Source of the DNA: Yuukianura sp. NJ FZ-2021
Taxonomy: Eukaryota
Length of the DNA stretch: 64,000 bases
Assembly (NCBI GenBank): GCA_046563655.1
Contig: CM102285.1
Coordinates: 11,098,001-11,162,000, forward strand
Direction: 5' to 3'
Part shown: piece after piece, positions 25,376 to 37,200 of the stretch
Layout: every line of letters starts with the position of its first letter
Numbering within the stretch: the first letter of the stretch is position 1
The notes under the pieces: generated by a model
The model's input: only the letters and a program-made list of their open reading frames with translations
What the model was told of the DNA's origin: nothing
The model's database searches: none
Translations under genes and position numbers: made by a program

Positions 25376-26029
25376 TCTTGGATACCGATCTATTTGAAGA
25401 CAAAGAAGATGAGCTGCGATGAAATACACTCCGCAGTTGTTTCAGTCATTATCTTCGGAATAACTTATTTTTTACGAATCAATTCCACTGTTTGGAAATT
25501 GGAAATACCTTGTACATACATATCTATTGCTTTCACTATTTGCAATATTAGTTAAAACGTGTACACTTCCTTTATAGAGTTTAAATAGTAGTTTGTGTTA
25601 AATTAGCTTTCACTGATGAAAAGATGATCACACAGGGGAAAATCGAAGAAAACTGCTGGTTTCTGCACTTCACGCTTCCTTAAAGGAAACTGACCCCAAC
25701 TTCGATTTCAGCACGCGATTTTGTCGTCGTAAGTGCAGAATTCGTCACCTGGAAACCCCTGCTACAGTTATTTTTCACAACAAAAATGATTTCCTCACAT
25801 TGTTTTTTCTTTTCAAAGTCAGTTGTGAAAAATACTAAAACCTGACAACGAAAGCACTTGGATTTTTTTCTTGTTGAAAACCGTTTAATATTTAAAAAAA
25901 GGAAACTAGCGTGGAGTATATAAATAAAAAATCAAACCTTAATTGATTACGAAATTACTTGCGAATTATTTTTATTTTAACATGTTACTGTGATTAAAAA
26001 TTTCGAGTTTCCAAAATAACGCCAATATT

Positions 26030-27795
26030 ACGTAAAATACTGTTTTACAACTGGAGCCTACGTATTGATTAACATAAATGCTTAAAAAGTTTAATTTTTT
26101 AAACAATTTTCTGATCCGAAAGATTCAGCAGGTTTCAATTTGTGAGCTTGGATTTGTGAGAATTGAGATAGGGGATTGTACAAAGCAAAGCGGCGGATAG
26201 GAAGGCTCCTCTGTTGGATTTTTTCCCACAAAAGTCCAGCGGCGGCAGAAAGTTGAGAAAGGTGAGGAGCCTTTCTGGACCGTACGATCCCCTTGCAGCT
26301 CCGGACACTTTTGAAACTGACTCCCCTACTTCCCCTTGTTAAATCTCTTTCAGAAAATTTCAAAAAATCAAAAACTTCGAAAAACTTTGAAAATTCATAA
26401 CTTTTTAACGGAAAGACATAGAGAATTAAGCTTTTCACACCTGAATTCAGAAAAATGTGTAGAATTTTTAAAAAATTCTAAAAAGCACCCTAAAGCTGTC
26501 AAAATTTTGATGGTGTGCTTTTTTTCTGTACTTCTCGTTTTTTATTTTTTGAAATTTTGGCATCAAATTGTTTAGGACGATGTCGTATGACTAGATCCGA
26601 GCGCTGGAGCCACAGAAATCGCTGCAAAGTGGAAAATTTTCGACGTTAAAAACTGCTAAAAATGAGTGTTTGGAGGGGGATGAAAAAGTTGAGTCGGAGA
26701 GTGAAGACTTTTGAATGGGCTAATCCCTCAACTTTTTCGCCCATTCAAACTTAATTTCAAAATTCAAAAAACTTTAAAAATTCATAACTTTTTAACGGAA
26801 AGACATAGAGAATTAAGCTTTTCACACCTGAATTCAGAAAAATGTGTAGAATTTTAAAAAAATTCTAAAAAGCACCCTAAAGCTGTCAAAATTTTGATGC
26901 TGTGTTTTTTTTTCTATACTTCTTGTTTTTTGTTTTTTAAAATTTTTGCATCAAATTGTTTAGGACGATGTCGGATGACTAGATCCGAGCGCTGGAGCCA
27001 CAGAAATCGCTGCAAAGCTGAAATTTTTCGAAGTTAAAAACGACCGAAAAATGAGGGTGTTTGTGTGGGAGTGAAAAAGTTGAGTCGAAAAGTAATGACT
27101 TTTGAATGGATTAATCCCTCAACTTTTTCGTCCATTCAAACTTATTTCCATACAAAACATTTCAAAAATCAAAAAGTTTCAAAATTCATATCTCGCGATC
27201 GGAATGTATTATTTGCGAGATCTCTTCACTGCTGAATTCAGAACAACGTACTATTAGGTATTTTTTAAGTTTTAAAAGAGATTAAAAGCGAACAATAGTT
27301 TCCGACGAATTTCTCAAATTTTTTTTTCGAATTTTTTTTTTTTTAAATTTTTAAAATTTTAAACTATTCTTTACATTTTTTAAAGTTGACTCGCGAAGAG
27401 ATTAGCTTTTTATCGCTTTCCGTTCGCGAGATATGAATTTTTAAAGTTTTTGATTTTTTGAAATTTTCTGAAAGAGATTTAACAAGGGGAAGTAGGGGAG
27501 TCAGTTTCAAAAGTGTCCGGAGCTGCAAGGGGATCGTACGGTCCAGAAAGGCTCCTCACCTTTCTCCACCTTTTGCCGCCGCTGGACTTTTGTGGGAAAA
27601 AATCCAACAGAGGAGCCTTCCTATCCGCCGCTTTGCTTTGTATAATCCCCTATCTCAATTCTCACAAATCCAAGCTCGCACATTAGAACCTGCTGGAGAT
27701 CTTTCGGATCATGAAATTGTTTTAAAAATTCAACTTTTTTAGCATTTATGTTAATCAATTAGTAATCTTCAGTTGTAAACAATACTTTATTTAAT
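26030..27795. mobile_element. Foldback-like non-autonomous element: ~380-bp inverted arms around an internal 387-bp tandem duplication
   Basis: Left arm ~26030-26414 is the reverse complement of right arm ~27417-27795, with a near-identical GC-richer core. Internal unit repeated (TTCATAAC at 26394 and 26781), with a partial third copy near 27185. No coding capacity and no clear TSD. Confidence 0.7.
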
Positions 27796-28219
27796 TTTGC
27801 GAATTCGTTTTTAAATTCAACTTAAAAATTTGGTATTAATTATTGAACAATCTATTTCATATTGACCGTTGCAAAATTAAAGTTTATTTTGCAGAAATGA
27901 AAACGCTAGCTTTGTAGCAATTTGTTTGTGGAATGTGCGATTCGACAGTTTCAATTTTGGCATTCTCTGGCTGTAATAGATTTATTTTATGTACAAAACC
28001 TGATTAGCGTCTTACAAAGGTACAAAATGAGATTACAAAGACGTTCGTCAGTTAAAACTATATTTAATGGAGAAAATTATTTTAATTTTAAAGAAAAGTT
28101 TCCAGTCTGGCTTTAAGATTTCGTTTGTTTAGAGAGTTACGTCGTGGATGAAACTTGATCTTTGATCATAGTCTTTTTGGTCTTGTACTTTGTGGAGGTC
28201 TGAATTGTTGTGTAAGCCT

Positions 28220-31200
28220 TTACGTCACGGGGAAGAGCACAGAGATGACGAATATTGAAATTAAAGTTGGTGAGATCACAGAGACGAAGTGGCAAGTCGT
28301 CAGAGGACTGCTGGCGAAAATGGGACAATATGGGCACTGATAACTTCCGCATACTTCGCAGATATCCAAGTTGTAGGTTTCGTAGGAGTCGTAAATTGTT
28401 TCATTGAACCTTTCAGGGGCGTAGTAGTCGTAAACACGAGTCTGCAGAAAATAAAAATAAAATAATTAGAATTGCAGACATAGTTTCGCGGTAACATTAG
28501 ACAATGCAATGGGCGTGTCAAAATCTTAATACCTGAATGTAGCGCGTCATGTTCGCCACTGGATACCACCTCTCCGCTGTGAAATTGACGCAAGTTGGGT
28601 TTTGGTCCAACTAAAATAATCAACAGAGAACAGTACATTACGACGCGTCGGGTATCATTTGAAAAATAAGATTCGTGCGCGTCCAGTAATAATTATAAAA
28701 GCAGGAATCGTTAAGAAAGGCTCACGTATTCAAAATAAAGAACCACTTTGTCCGTCAAGTATCTTGCACGTTTCAGAGTTGGAACTTGTCCGGAAAGAAC
28801 GTAACTATCCAGCCTCGGTTGAAACACGTAGTACCCCGTTGGGAGATTTACCTGTAAATTAAATTAGTTATGTTATAAGCTTGTTTGGACTCGATGCTTC
28901 ACAGTCTTGGCTAAATTACCTCAAGCACAGCCATGCCAGATCGCTCAGATTCTTCGAGCAGCGTCCAACTATAAAAAAAAACAGAGAGTCATTTTGTGAA
29001 CCTGGAAACAATTTCTTACCGTAAGAACTAAGAAGTAACTAATCAGAATTTAGTCAATACCTCTGGCAGGACCGATACATAATTAAAGATGCGTTTCTTC
29101 CCATCATTGTGAAACGAGGATGCAAATTAAAAGAGTAAACTGGTGGCTTAGTGACAAATCTTGTTCGATCCACACCATACTGAACTTGCATTTGAAGAAT
29201 CGCGTAGCCAGCACCTTTCGCTTCAACACTGACCGTTCCGTATGCATTTTCAAACTGTTGAAATATTCGAAACATGAAGTTATAAATGATTCTATTCATT
29301 TGCAAAACAAAAAAAAAAACAATTTACTCACGCTTATGCTCTGCGGTTTTGCTAGATTCGCAGCATTTACATGGAAGGTCCTAGCAATACCCGGAATTGC
29401 AGCAGCTTCAACTGTAACTGTCAGCTCCGTCACGTTTCTAATTTTTTGTCTGATAGTGTAATCAATCAGCGCTCGATATGCTGCCGCTGTATCCTAAAAA
29501 ATAACAAATATTTGCCTTGTAACCACACTTTTAAAAGTAGTAAATTACTGGATAAATAATAAGTGTTACTAACCTGCGTTGACGCCCAACCGCCATTATA
29601 AAGTCTTTGTGAGTTGAGCCACTTCACGATAGACTCTACTCTTATTTCTTGTCTCGCAACGTAAATCATGAGTGCGTAAGCAGTCGTTTCAATATTTTCA
29701 GAATCGTATTTGAACGGCAATCTCGGAAGAAGAAAAGGTTTGTTATTCTCCAATATAAATGACGGAAGAGGTCTGAAAATAAAAAACCAGTGGCAGCTTC
29801 CTTGAGCATTTCCAATTCCAAATTCATAAAAATTTAAAATATTAAACTTACACTTGCTCACGACCCCAATACGCATAGCCGCCTTCGAATTTTGCATGTT
29901 CCGAGACAATGATAAACGCTTGATCCGCTTTCGCACTCTTGCTTAGCATAAGCGCGTAAGCAACTAGAACAGCTTCATAAGCTTGCATCGAATGTCTCCG
30001 CTCATCCACTTTATTCTCCAAGTAAGTGATAGCACGTTGCCTTGAGTGTGCCAGTCTCGGACCTACAGCCTGAAATTAAATTCAAAGAGCATGAGGACGT
30101 TATTTTTGCTTCAAAATGTCAAGAACATATATTTACAAACTCACCCCTGGCAAATCCTTCACAGCGTGTAATGCAATAAGGACGTGAGCAGTGAGTGTAA
30201 CATTGGGACTGTACAACCAGCCACCATGTGTCACAGAGTCGTTGAGTCTTCGATTAGAATATGAAGTTACTTCGTAAAAGGAGCCTTCAGGAGTTTGATA
30301 TTTGAGAACCCAGTCAACAGCTTTAGAAATTACCTGCAACAAGTAAGGCAATTTCCAATCAATGGCCAATAACAATCGCAAATATCACTCAGCACTTACA
30401 TTGGTGTCAATAAAGAGAAAATTTTCCCACTCGTTAAAACTGGCCTCAGCGAATACTCGAGCACAATACGCAGTGGTCCATACACTTGGGCTCGAGTGGT
30501 TCCAGTCACTTCGGAAGAGACTAAAAGATCCATCGTCGTTCTGGAAGCTAAGCTGTCTCTGGAATAGAACGTTCAGGTGATGAAATGCTTGACGATATGT
30601 GTTTCGATCCCGTTGACTTGTCAATCTCAAATACATGAGTGTATATAAGTTTGAGGCGAAGCTGAACATGTTGTGCTCTGCCGAATCCTAGTTACAAAAA
30701 AAAATCATTTCAGAATTGCTCAAATATTGGGATTCTTGTTCACATTTTACCATGGGTTTTCCGCCAAGAAGGGATGTAGCATTCACCGGCATCGTTGGGT
30801 ACGCAGGTCCAACGACGTCTCCCACCACCGAAATTTCAGCCAGGTTTGAGCTGTAAACGTAGTATCTATCCGGATCCCTGGGAATAATTGGCGTTTCTGT
30901 CACGTTGACATGCATAAATTGAAGCACATAAGCTCGATTGCTAAGATCAAGAAGTACTGAAATATGGCGATACTGGGGAGCTCCATCAGGCTTAGAGAAA
31001 AATAAAACAAAAATGATTCATGTGAATTTGGTTTATAAAAAATAAAAAATATTGCACGCTTACCTCCACCGTCAAAGTTCTCGTCGTTTGATCTCTTGCA
31101 ATTTGAGAAATCGCTTTAATTGTCACTTGAATTTTTCCCATTCTCGTCGCCACAATTGGATAATGAACTTGAGCAGCGTCTAAAACAAACGAAATTTATT

Positions 31201-34200
31201 AGAACATACAAAACGAAAAAGCAAAACAGCATAAAATCAATCAAGTTTAAAAATTAATCAGTACCTTGGGCAGGTATCCAAATCAAGTTCTGGTGTTCTC
31301 CATAAGAAGTGCGTGGATTGTAGTGCTGTACAACTCCTTGGGCTTCAACGTGAATGAATTTATAGTCGCGAGAATCCGCTAGAACCACCATGACCTCGAT
31401 GTCCTTCTGCATGTAATTAAAAACCGTAACGCGAATCCCGATCTGCTCTCCATGACGGCATTTAGATGGCATTTCCACATTAATGAAGAGGGGCCGCACG
31501 CCAGAGTACTAAAATAAAGTGAGCGGTCAAAAAATTGTGAATAAATCCTTGCCAGTCTAGTGAAAGCCAAACAAATGGAATGTAGTTCTTACTCGGATGG
31601 GAGATTTAAGAAGTCCAAATCCTGAGGAAGGGTTCACGCTTAATACGCTCACCATCCAGTTTGCGGGTCTCTCTGGTACAGGAAGGGTGAAAATAAAATG
31701 CCCTGAAAAAACAGTCCAATAGATGATCACAATCTCGCACGATTTCCTTTAAAAACGACTTTCTTTAAAGCTAAATACGGAACAGATAAGCCAAGGCAGG
31801 GTGAGCGCACACTTCAGTGATGTAAATCGGATTCATACCGTGAGGTCCAATATTGACGTCCTTCCAAAGCCAAACATTCTCATAAAGTCGTTGCATTCTA
31901 TTGAACCGATATAGTTTGAATTCCAAAAGGTCCGTCTGATTGTACCAAGGGCCTAAAACGAATAATATTACAAACATAAACTTTTAACAACAATTTTAAC
32001 AGCAACTTTTGACAGTTTAACTTACAATTTGACTCGTCAGTTCCATCTGTAAACAGCCAAAAAAAGTTTTGGAATTAATTCGAAACATAATTTACTTCAA
32101 AATATTCTTGTCATTACCAGAACAGTCACGGGAATGGTCGCATCTTTTTTCCTGTCGGAAACAACTGCTTCCCGTGTAGCAAGGGAACCACCCTGCCGTT
32201 TCGTTACAAATTTCTTGTCGTCGCGGTAGAGAAATGTCACTGAAAACCACTAACCCCGAAAACCTAAAAAATTGTTTAAAAAAAACTTTCACTGAGATTT
32301 CGATCACGACACTTCCGTAAAGAACTCTTTTGAATCAGCATGATTAACTTTAACAGCTAATACCTCAAGCGTCCTAATCCTAAAAACCAATTCGCATAAA
32401 AGCAGGGACGGAGAAAGCCAGCTTTTTAGTTAAATTACGCATTTCCTTAGAAATGAAGTCTGAATGGCGTTTTCGCTGTACAAGGAAAGGTCAAGCCAAA
32501 TCTCTCAGCCCAAATTCATATGGCTTACTCAAATGTCCTGTTTGCATCAATTCCAAACGAATGCGAGGGAAAGTACGCAATTTCGTCCGGAAGTCCCTCT
32601 CGGGATATCCATCTGTGAATTAGAGTTCCGTTTGAGTCTTCATCAAAATTAATCATTTTACTCAGAACCTAAAAATAACAATAACAGTTTCAAGAAGAAC
32701 GCCCAAAAGATAGTTACTAAAAAACAATAAGTTTTCATTTTGCTTTTATTCAATTCCACTCACCTCGCCGTAGGAAATTTCATTTCCGGCTTGCATTGAG
32801 TAGAAGGCAGAGTCAATTCCAGAAAGGCCAACATAAGCGCCCGGTTGCCCTCTAATGATCACTTCCACAAAATTGTTCGTCTTCTCCTTCTTATTGTTGA
32901 TCTCCACAGTAAACTGTCGGAAATTCGAAATGAAAATACATTTTAGTACCATCAGCGGAGAAAACTAAAATATGACATTTACATTGTTCCTAGAGAGTCC
33001 GTTGACTGGAAACGTAAGGGAATCTGTGACAACTTCCATGTGTTTTGAAACATGGTAAACAGCAATTGTAGCCGCTGGTGACATTTCCTAAAAGTCAAGA
33101 GTCCTGAATCAATAAAATCCTCTTGCGGTGTTTTGCTGGAAAAAATATTGCTCCAAAGGAGAACTTACAGGATTTACTGGAATGGCAAAAGTTTTTATCG
33201 TCGAGTCCATAATTTCACTTCCGCTAAGGAGGATGACACCTTTGGACATCACTAGATATGTGAAACGATCCATATAAAAATTCGTCCTCACATGAAACAC
33301 TATGTACTCCCCTACCTGGAACAGTCCAGAAAAAATGCATTAGGAAAATTGAAAAAGAAACTCACGAAAAACCATAAATCAAGCTGTTTTCATCAACATA
33401 ACTGCCAATTATAACCAACTTTCTCTGATTCCTCTTTGTTTATAACCCTTAACTTACGTTCGGATTTGTTGTTGAGGAGGATACACGAATGTGTCTGTTT
33501 TTGGGAGAGTAATGTGCTACGGCCAATAGTTCAGCCTGTGCCGTCTCCCGATATTTATTGGTAAAAGAGGCCTGAATTCGAAGTTGTTGGACTTCATTTA
33601 TAATTTGAGCCGTTTCTCGGGGTCGATTATACCCTGTAAAACAGGTATCAACATTTTAACGTTTTGTTTAAATTATCAGAAATGAAATGGAAAAGTGTGA
33701 GAATTACCAGCTGAAAGTTCTTGTTTCAGGTTGAAAACGACTTTCCAAATGCCAGGAGAGTCGGGGAGCATCGATACACGGCGCATGTCCAGGCGACGTA
33801 CCCCTCTGGATGCCATTACTACCTCTCCTTGAACGTCCATTTCACTTTTATAGAGTCTGTATAAATTGAGCGGTGATCCATCCTGGTACGAAATTGTGAT
33901 CTGTCAAATAAATAAAAAACACGCAACAACTCAATTCCTTGTTTGCAAAGTTTAGATTTCCTAAGAACTTTTCAAGAAAAGGAAAACTTACGTAAGACGT
34001 GAATGCCATTCCTGGTTTGAAGACTTGTGGAGATCCTGCGAGTTATAAACAAAAAATAAAGCATGTCTTAAGAGACTAAAATAGACAAACAATGCCCGCA
34101 AGAGCGGACTAGATTTTAAAATTTTAGTAAAGCTAGAAAAGATTTGTGCTTACCCCCAAGAAATTGCAGTCGTAATGTCGAGTTATAAATCCTTGCCCTT

Positions 34201-37200
34201 GAGTACCCGTCGCCAATCTCATTCCAAAAATGCTCTCCAATACTTGCAGTTACGGTGACTTCCATGTTATCCAACTGCCCCACGGCCCTTTCAATTTCCC
34301 ACATTGGAAACCGGAACTCATAATATCCGGGAAACTATCCAGAAAAAAAATCAGAGGGGAAAGAAAACATTAAAAAGATTAATGCCAAATTCTGGTCATG
34401 ACCTCCGGGATCATAAAATAACCGATACTGTTTCCTTCCTCATTACAAATCTCTTCACAAAATAATATTTTCTCTTTCTACCAAAATCTTGCCAAAATGC
34501 AACCTCCGCTTTCGTTTAGCTAGTAATGGGTGACTTACGTTTGGAATGAACTGTTGAATGACTGGGTGATCCTGGAGAGGTCCACGAATAGCAGTGTAAA
34601 GTCGAGCATCAATTGGTTTCACCGTTGCTCGTAAAGTTAAATTCCCTCGAACCGGAGCTCCGCTCGTAAAATTCCCCACAACTGTTCCGCTCAGGAATTC
34701 TTCCGTATCAAAAAAGAATGCGGGCATTGTCACGTTCACCTAAAGTCAGAAAAAAGACAACTTTTTAGAAAAGCAACCCAAACAAAATGAACTCTTATCT
34801 AAGACGTTCCCACGTGATGTAGAAATTCAAGCTACTCCTCGTAATTTGTCATCTCCTACCAGAAAGAATATTGCTTTCGTCAGTGTGAAGGCAAAACATC
34901 CGGTTTTGCCCATTTACAACTTTATTTCCGCAATTAAATTGCTCAATCTCTCCCCACATTGCGTCTAATCTCAACTTTCTCCGTTCGAAATGTCTACAAT
35001 TAGGGTAGCCAGCTTTTATTTTCTTGCTGTAATGACTTTATTTTGACAGCAGTCGTGGGCTCTTACCACCTAATTTCGCCGACCTAAACTGTTATGGGGC
35101 ACTTAAAAGATTCCAACAACTACTTGAAACGGGAGACACAACCACACTTCTTAGAATTCGTTTCAAAAAGCAAAAATATAGGTGAAAAGAACACGAGCGT
35201 TAAATCTCAGAAATGTTCTGAAGCGCACGTAGAGAGCAACCACTTGACACCCTTTTCGGTGTTTACTCTCCCGTTTTCCTTTGGAGAAAATAAAGTTATT
35301 GATTCTCATTTCTGGATGTGTCAAGAACAGAAAAGCATGAAAACAACGTCCAAAACAAACATTTGGCATTAGTTTAAGCGTGCCTTAAGACTCCCGAATT
35401 CCAGAAGAACGGCGTAGGGGAGGAATCTCTTGGAATCGACGCTCCGATTGTACAAAAGGAAATCAAAATTCCGATTCTACTTTATGAAGCTTTTATACTA
35501 TAAAAGAAGCATTCTTTGGTTCAGAGAGCTTAACAACCAACTTCAGAATCAAGAAAGTCACCAACAACAAAAGCTGTTACAACTTTTGATCTTCAAGTTC
35601 TCTGGGGACATCAAAAGAAAACTTTTATGTCACAGAACTGTTCGAGTTATTCAACCTCACAAAATCTGGAGTTCCAGCAGCTAAAATACTGCAAGAATAT
35701 AATAAAAGGCGGAAGTGACAATTTGAACACTCACCTCAAATCTCGGTTGATAGTATTCTTCTACATAAAAAGTTTTCTCCTCAATTTGATGCAAAGCTTG
35801 CACCCGAATAGACCAGTTTCCTAAAACGTCAAAACACAATCAGCATTAGAGGAGTCTTTTCCATTTTGTTAAAAAAAAGAAATGGAGAGATCCGAAATTA
35901 CCGTAAACTGGTTGATCCGACAGCGTATAATTCAAACTCACGGCTCCGTAATTCGACTGAAAACGTACAAAGATAAAATCATGAACGTTTTGGTCTATTT
36001 CCGAAAGTCCGGATCATAAAGATCAAATAAGAGACAATTCAGAATTCACCAAACTTGGCTGAAGGGAAAGCCTTACCTGTCGCGATAACCATCTTCTCAC
36101 AATGTTTCTCCTGGGATCCAGCATATAAACATCCACCGCATCTCCAAAAGCTCGAAGTTGTGTATTTATTGGAATTGCACGAAATCTCACTACATAAAAC
36201 AATTAAAGCACAATTACCAAAAATCCTGATTGATAGCTTTAAACCTAAACATAAAAACCAACTCGTGTGCACAACACTACGAAAAAAAAGTATCTGGCAG
36301 TAAATTTCAACTCAAGTAGAAGACTTGGGGGAAAAAATCACTTTCACTTTGACTAAATTTTAGACAAAGTGATTTGAATTAATAGTCTTTTCTTTTTGCA
36401 CACAGTAGCACTCGCAACGTGTATCACTTGAGAAAGTTGCTGAGTATACGAAATGGAAAGTTCTTGTAAGGGCAAAACCTCTTCTGGCTATACAACCACT
36501 TCCATCAACTCCTTAGAGATGTCAATTTAGAAAAACAAGATCAAAACTTTAGTTAGAAATCCCAAGTCTTTCTTCCTCCACTCTCCTCGAAGTGAGAGTG
36601 AATTCCACTTTCACCCCACAGAGACAAGTGCCTAGTAAAAATTGTATAAAGTTTGCCTAGAGGTAAACATGACAGTGAAATTGAAAATCATATCTCCTCT
36701 CTTCCGTGTGATGTGTCAAAGTGAAAGTGCTGAAACTAAAAAGTAAAAAGTTACCAGTTTGTGACTGCATATACTTCGGCTTGTCAGTCTGGATGAAGAT
36801 TGTCATGGACCGAAGTGAAAAATGAAGTTCAGTTTCGTTCACAAAGGCTGTTCCCCCAACCAAACCATTGTCATTCCCTATAAAAAATCAATACAATGTT
36901 ATTATTGTAATTTTCAGTTTAGGTTAGGAAAAAACAAGTAAAAAAATTAAAATTAACAAATTAACATTACAGTTTATTTTTATTAAGTTAATTAAATGTT
37001 TATTTACCTTCCACGCGAAGTCGATAGCTCCCCTCAACGCTCGTTTTCGGAACCTACAAAATTGGAACAAAAAATATAAAACGTTAGAAAATCAACAACA
37101 GTGCAGCGGGAGGGTTACAAAAAAAACTTATAACTTTCACCAAACGCCTTTCTCTTCATTTCATTTCACGTCGTCACTCCCTTTTCATTAAACTCTCTCA

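Noticed and set aside
26091..27742. Duplicated ORFs (RGSRGVSFKSVRSCKG...) on opposite strands
   Set aside because: They are the two arms of the inverted repeat and show no recognisable protein features.
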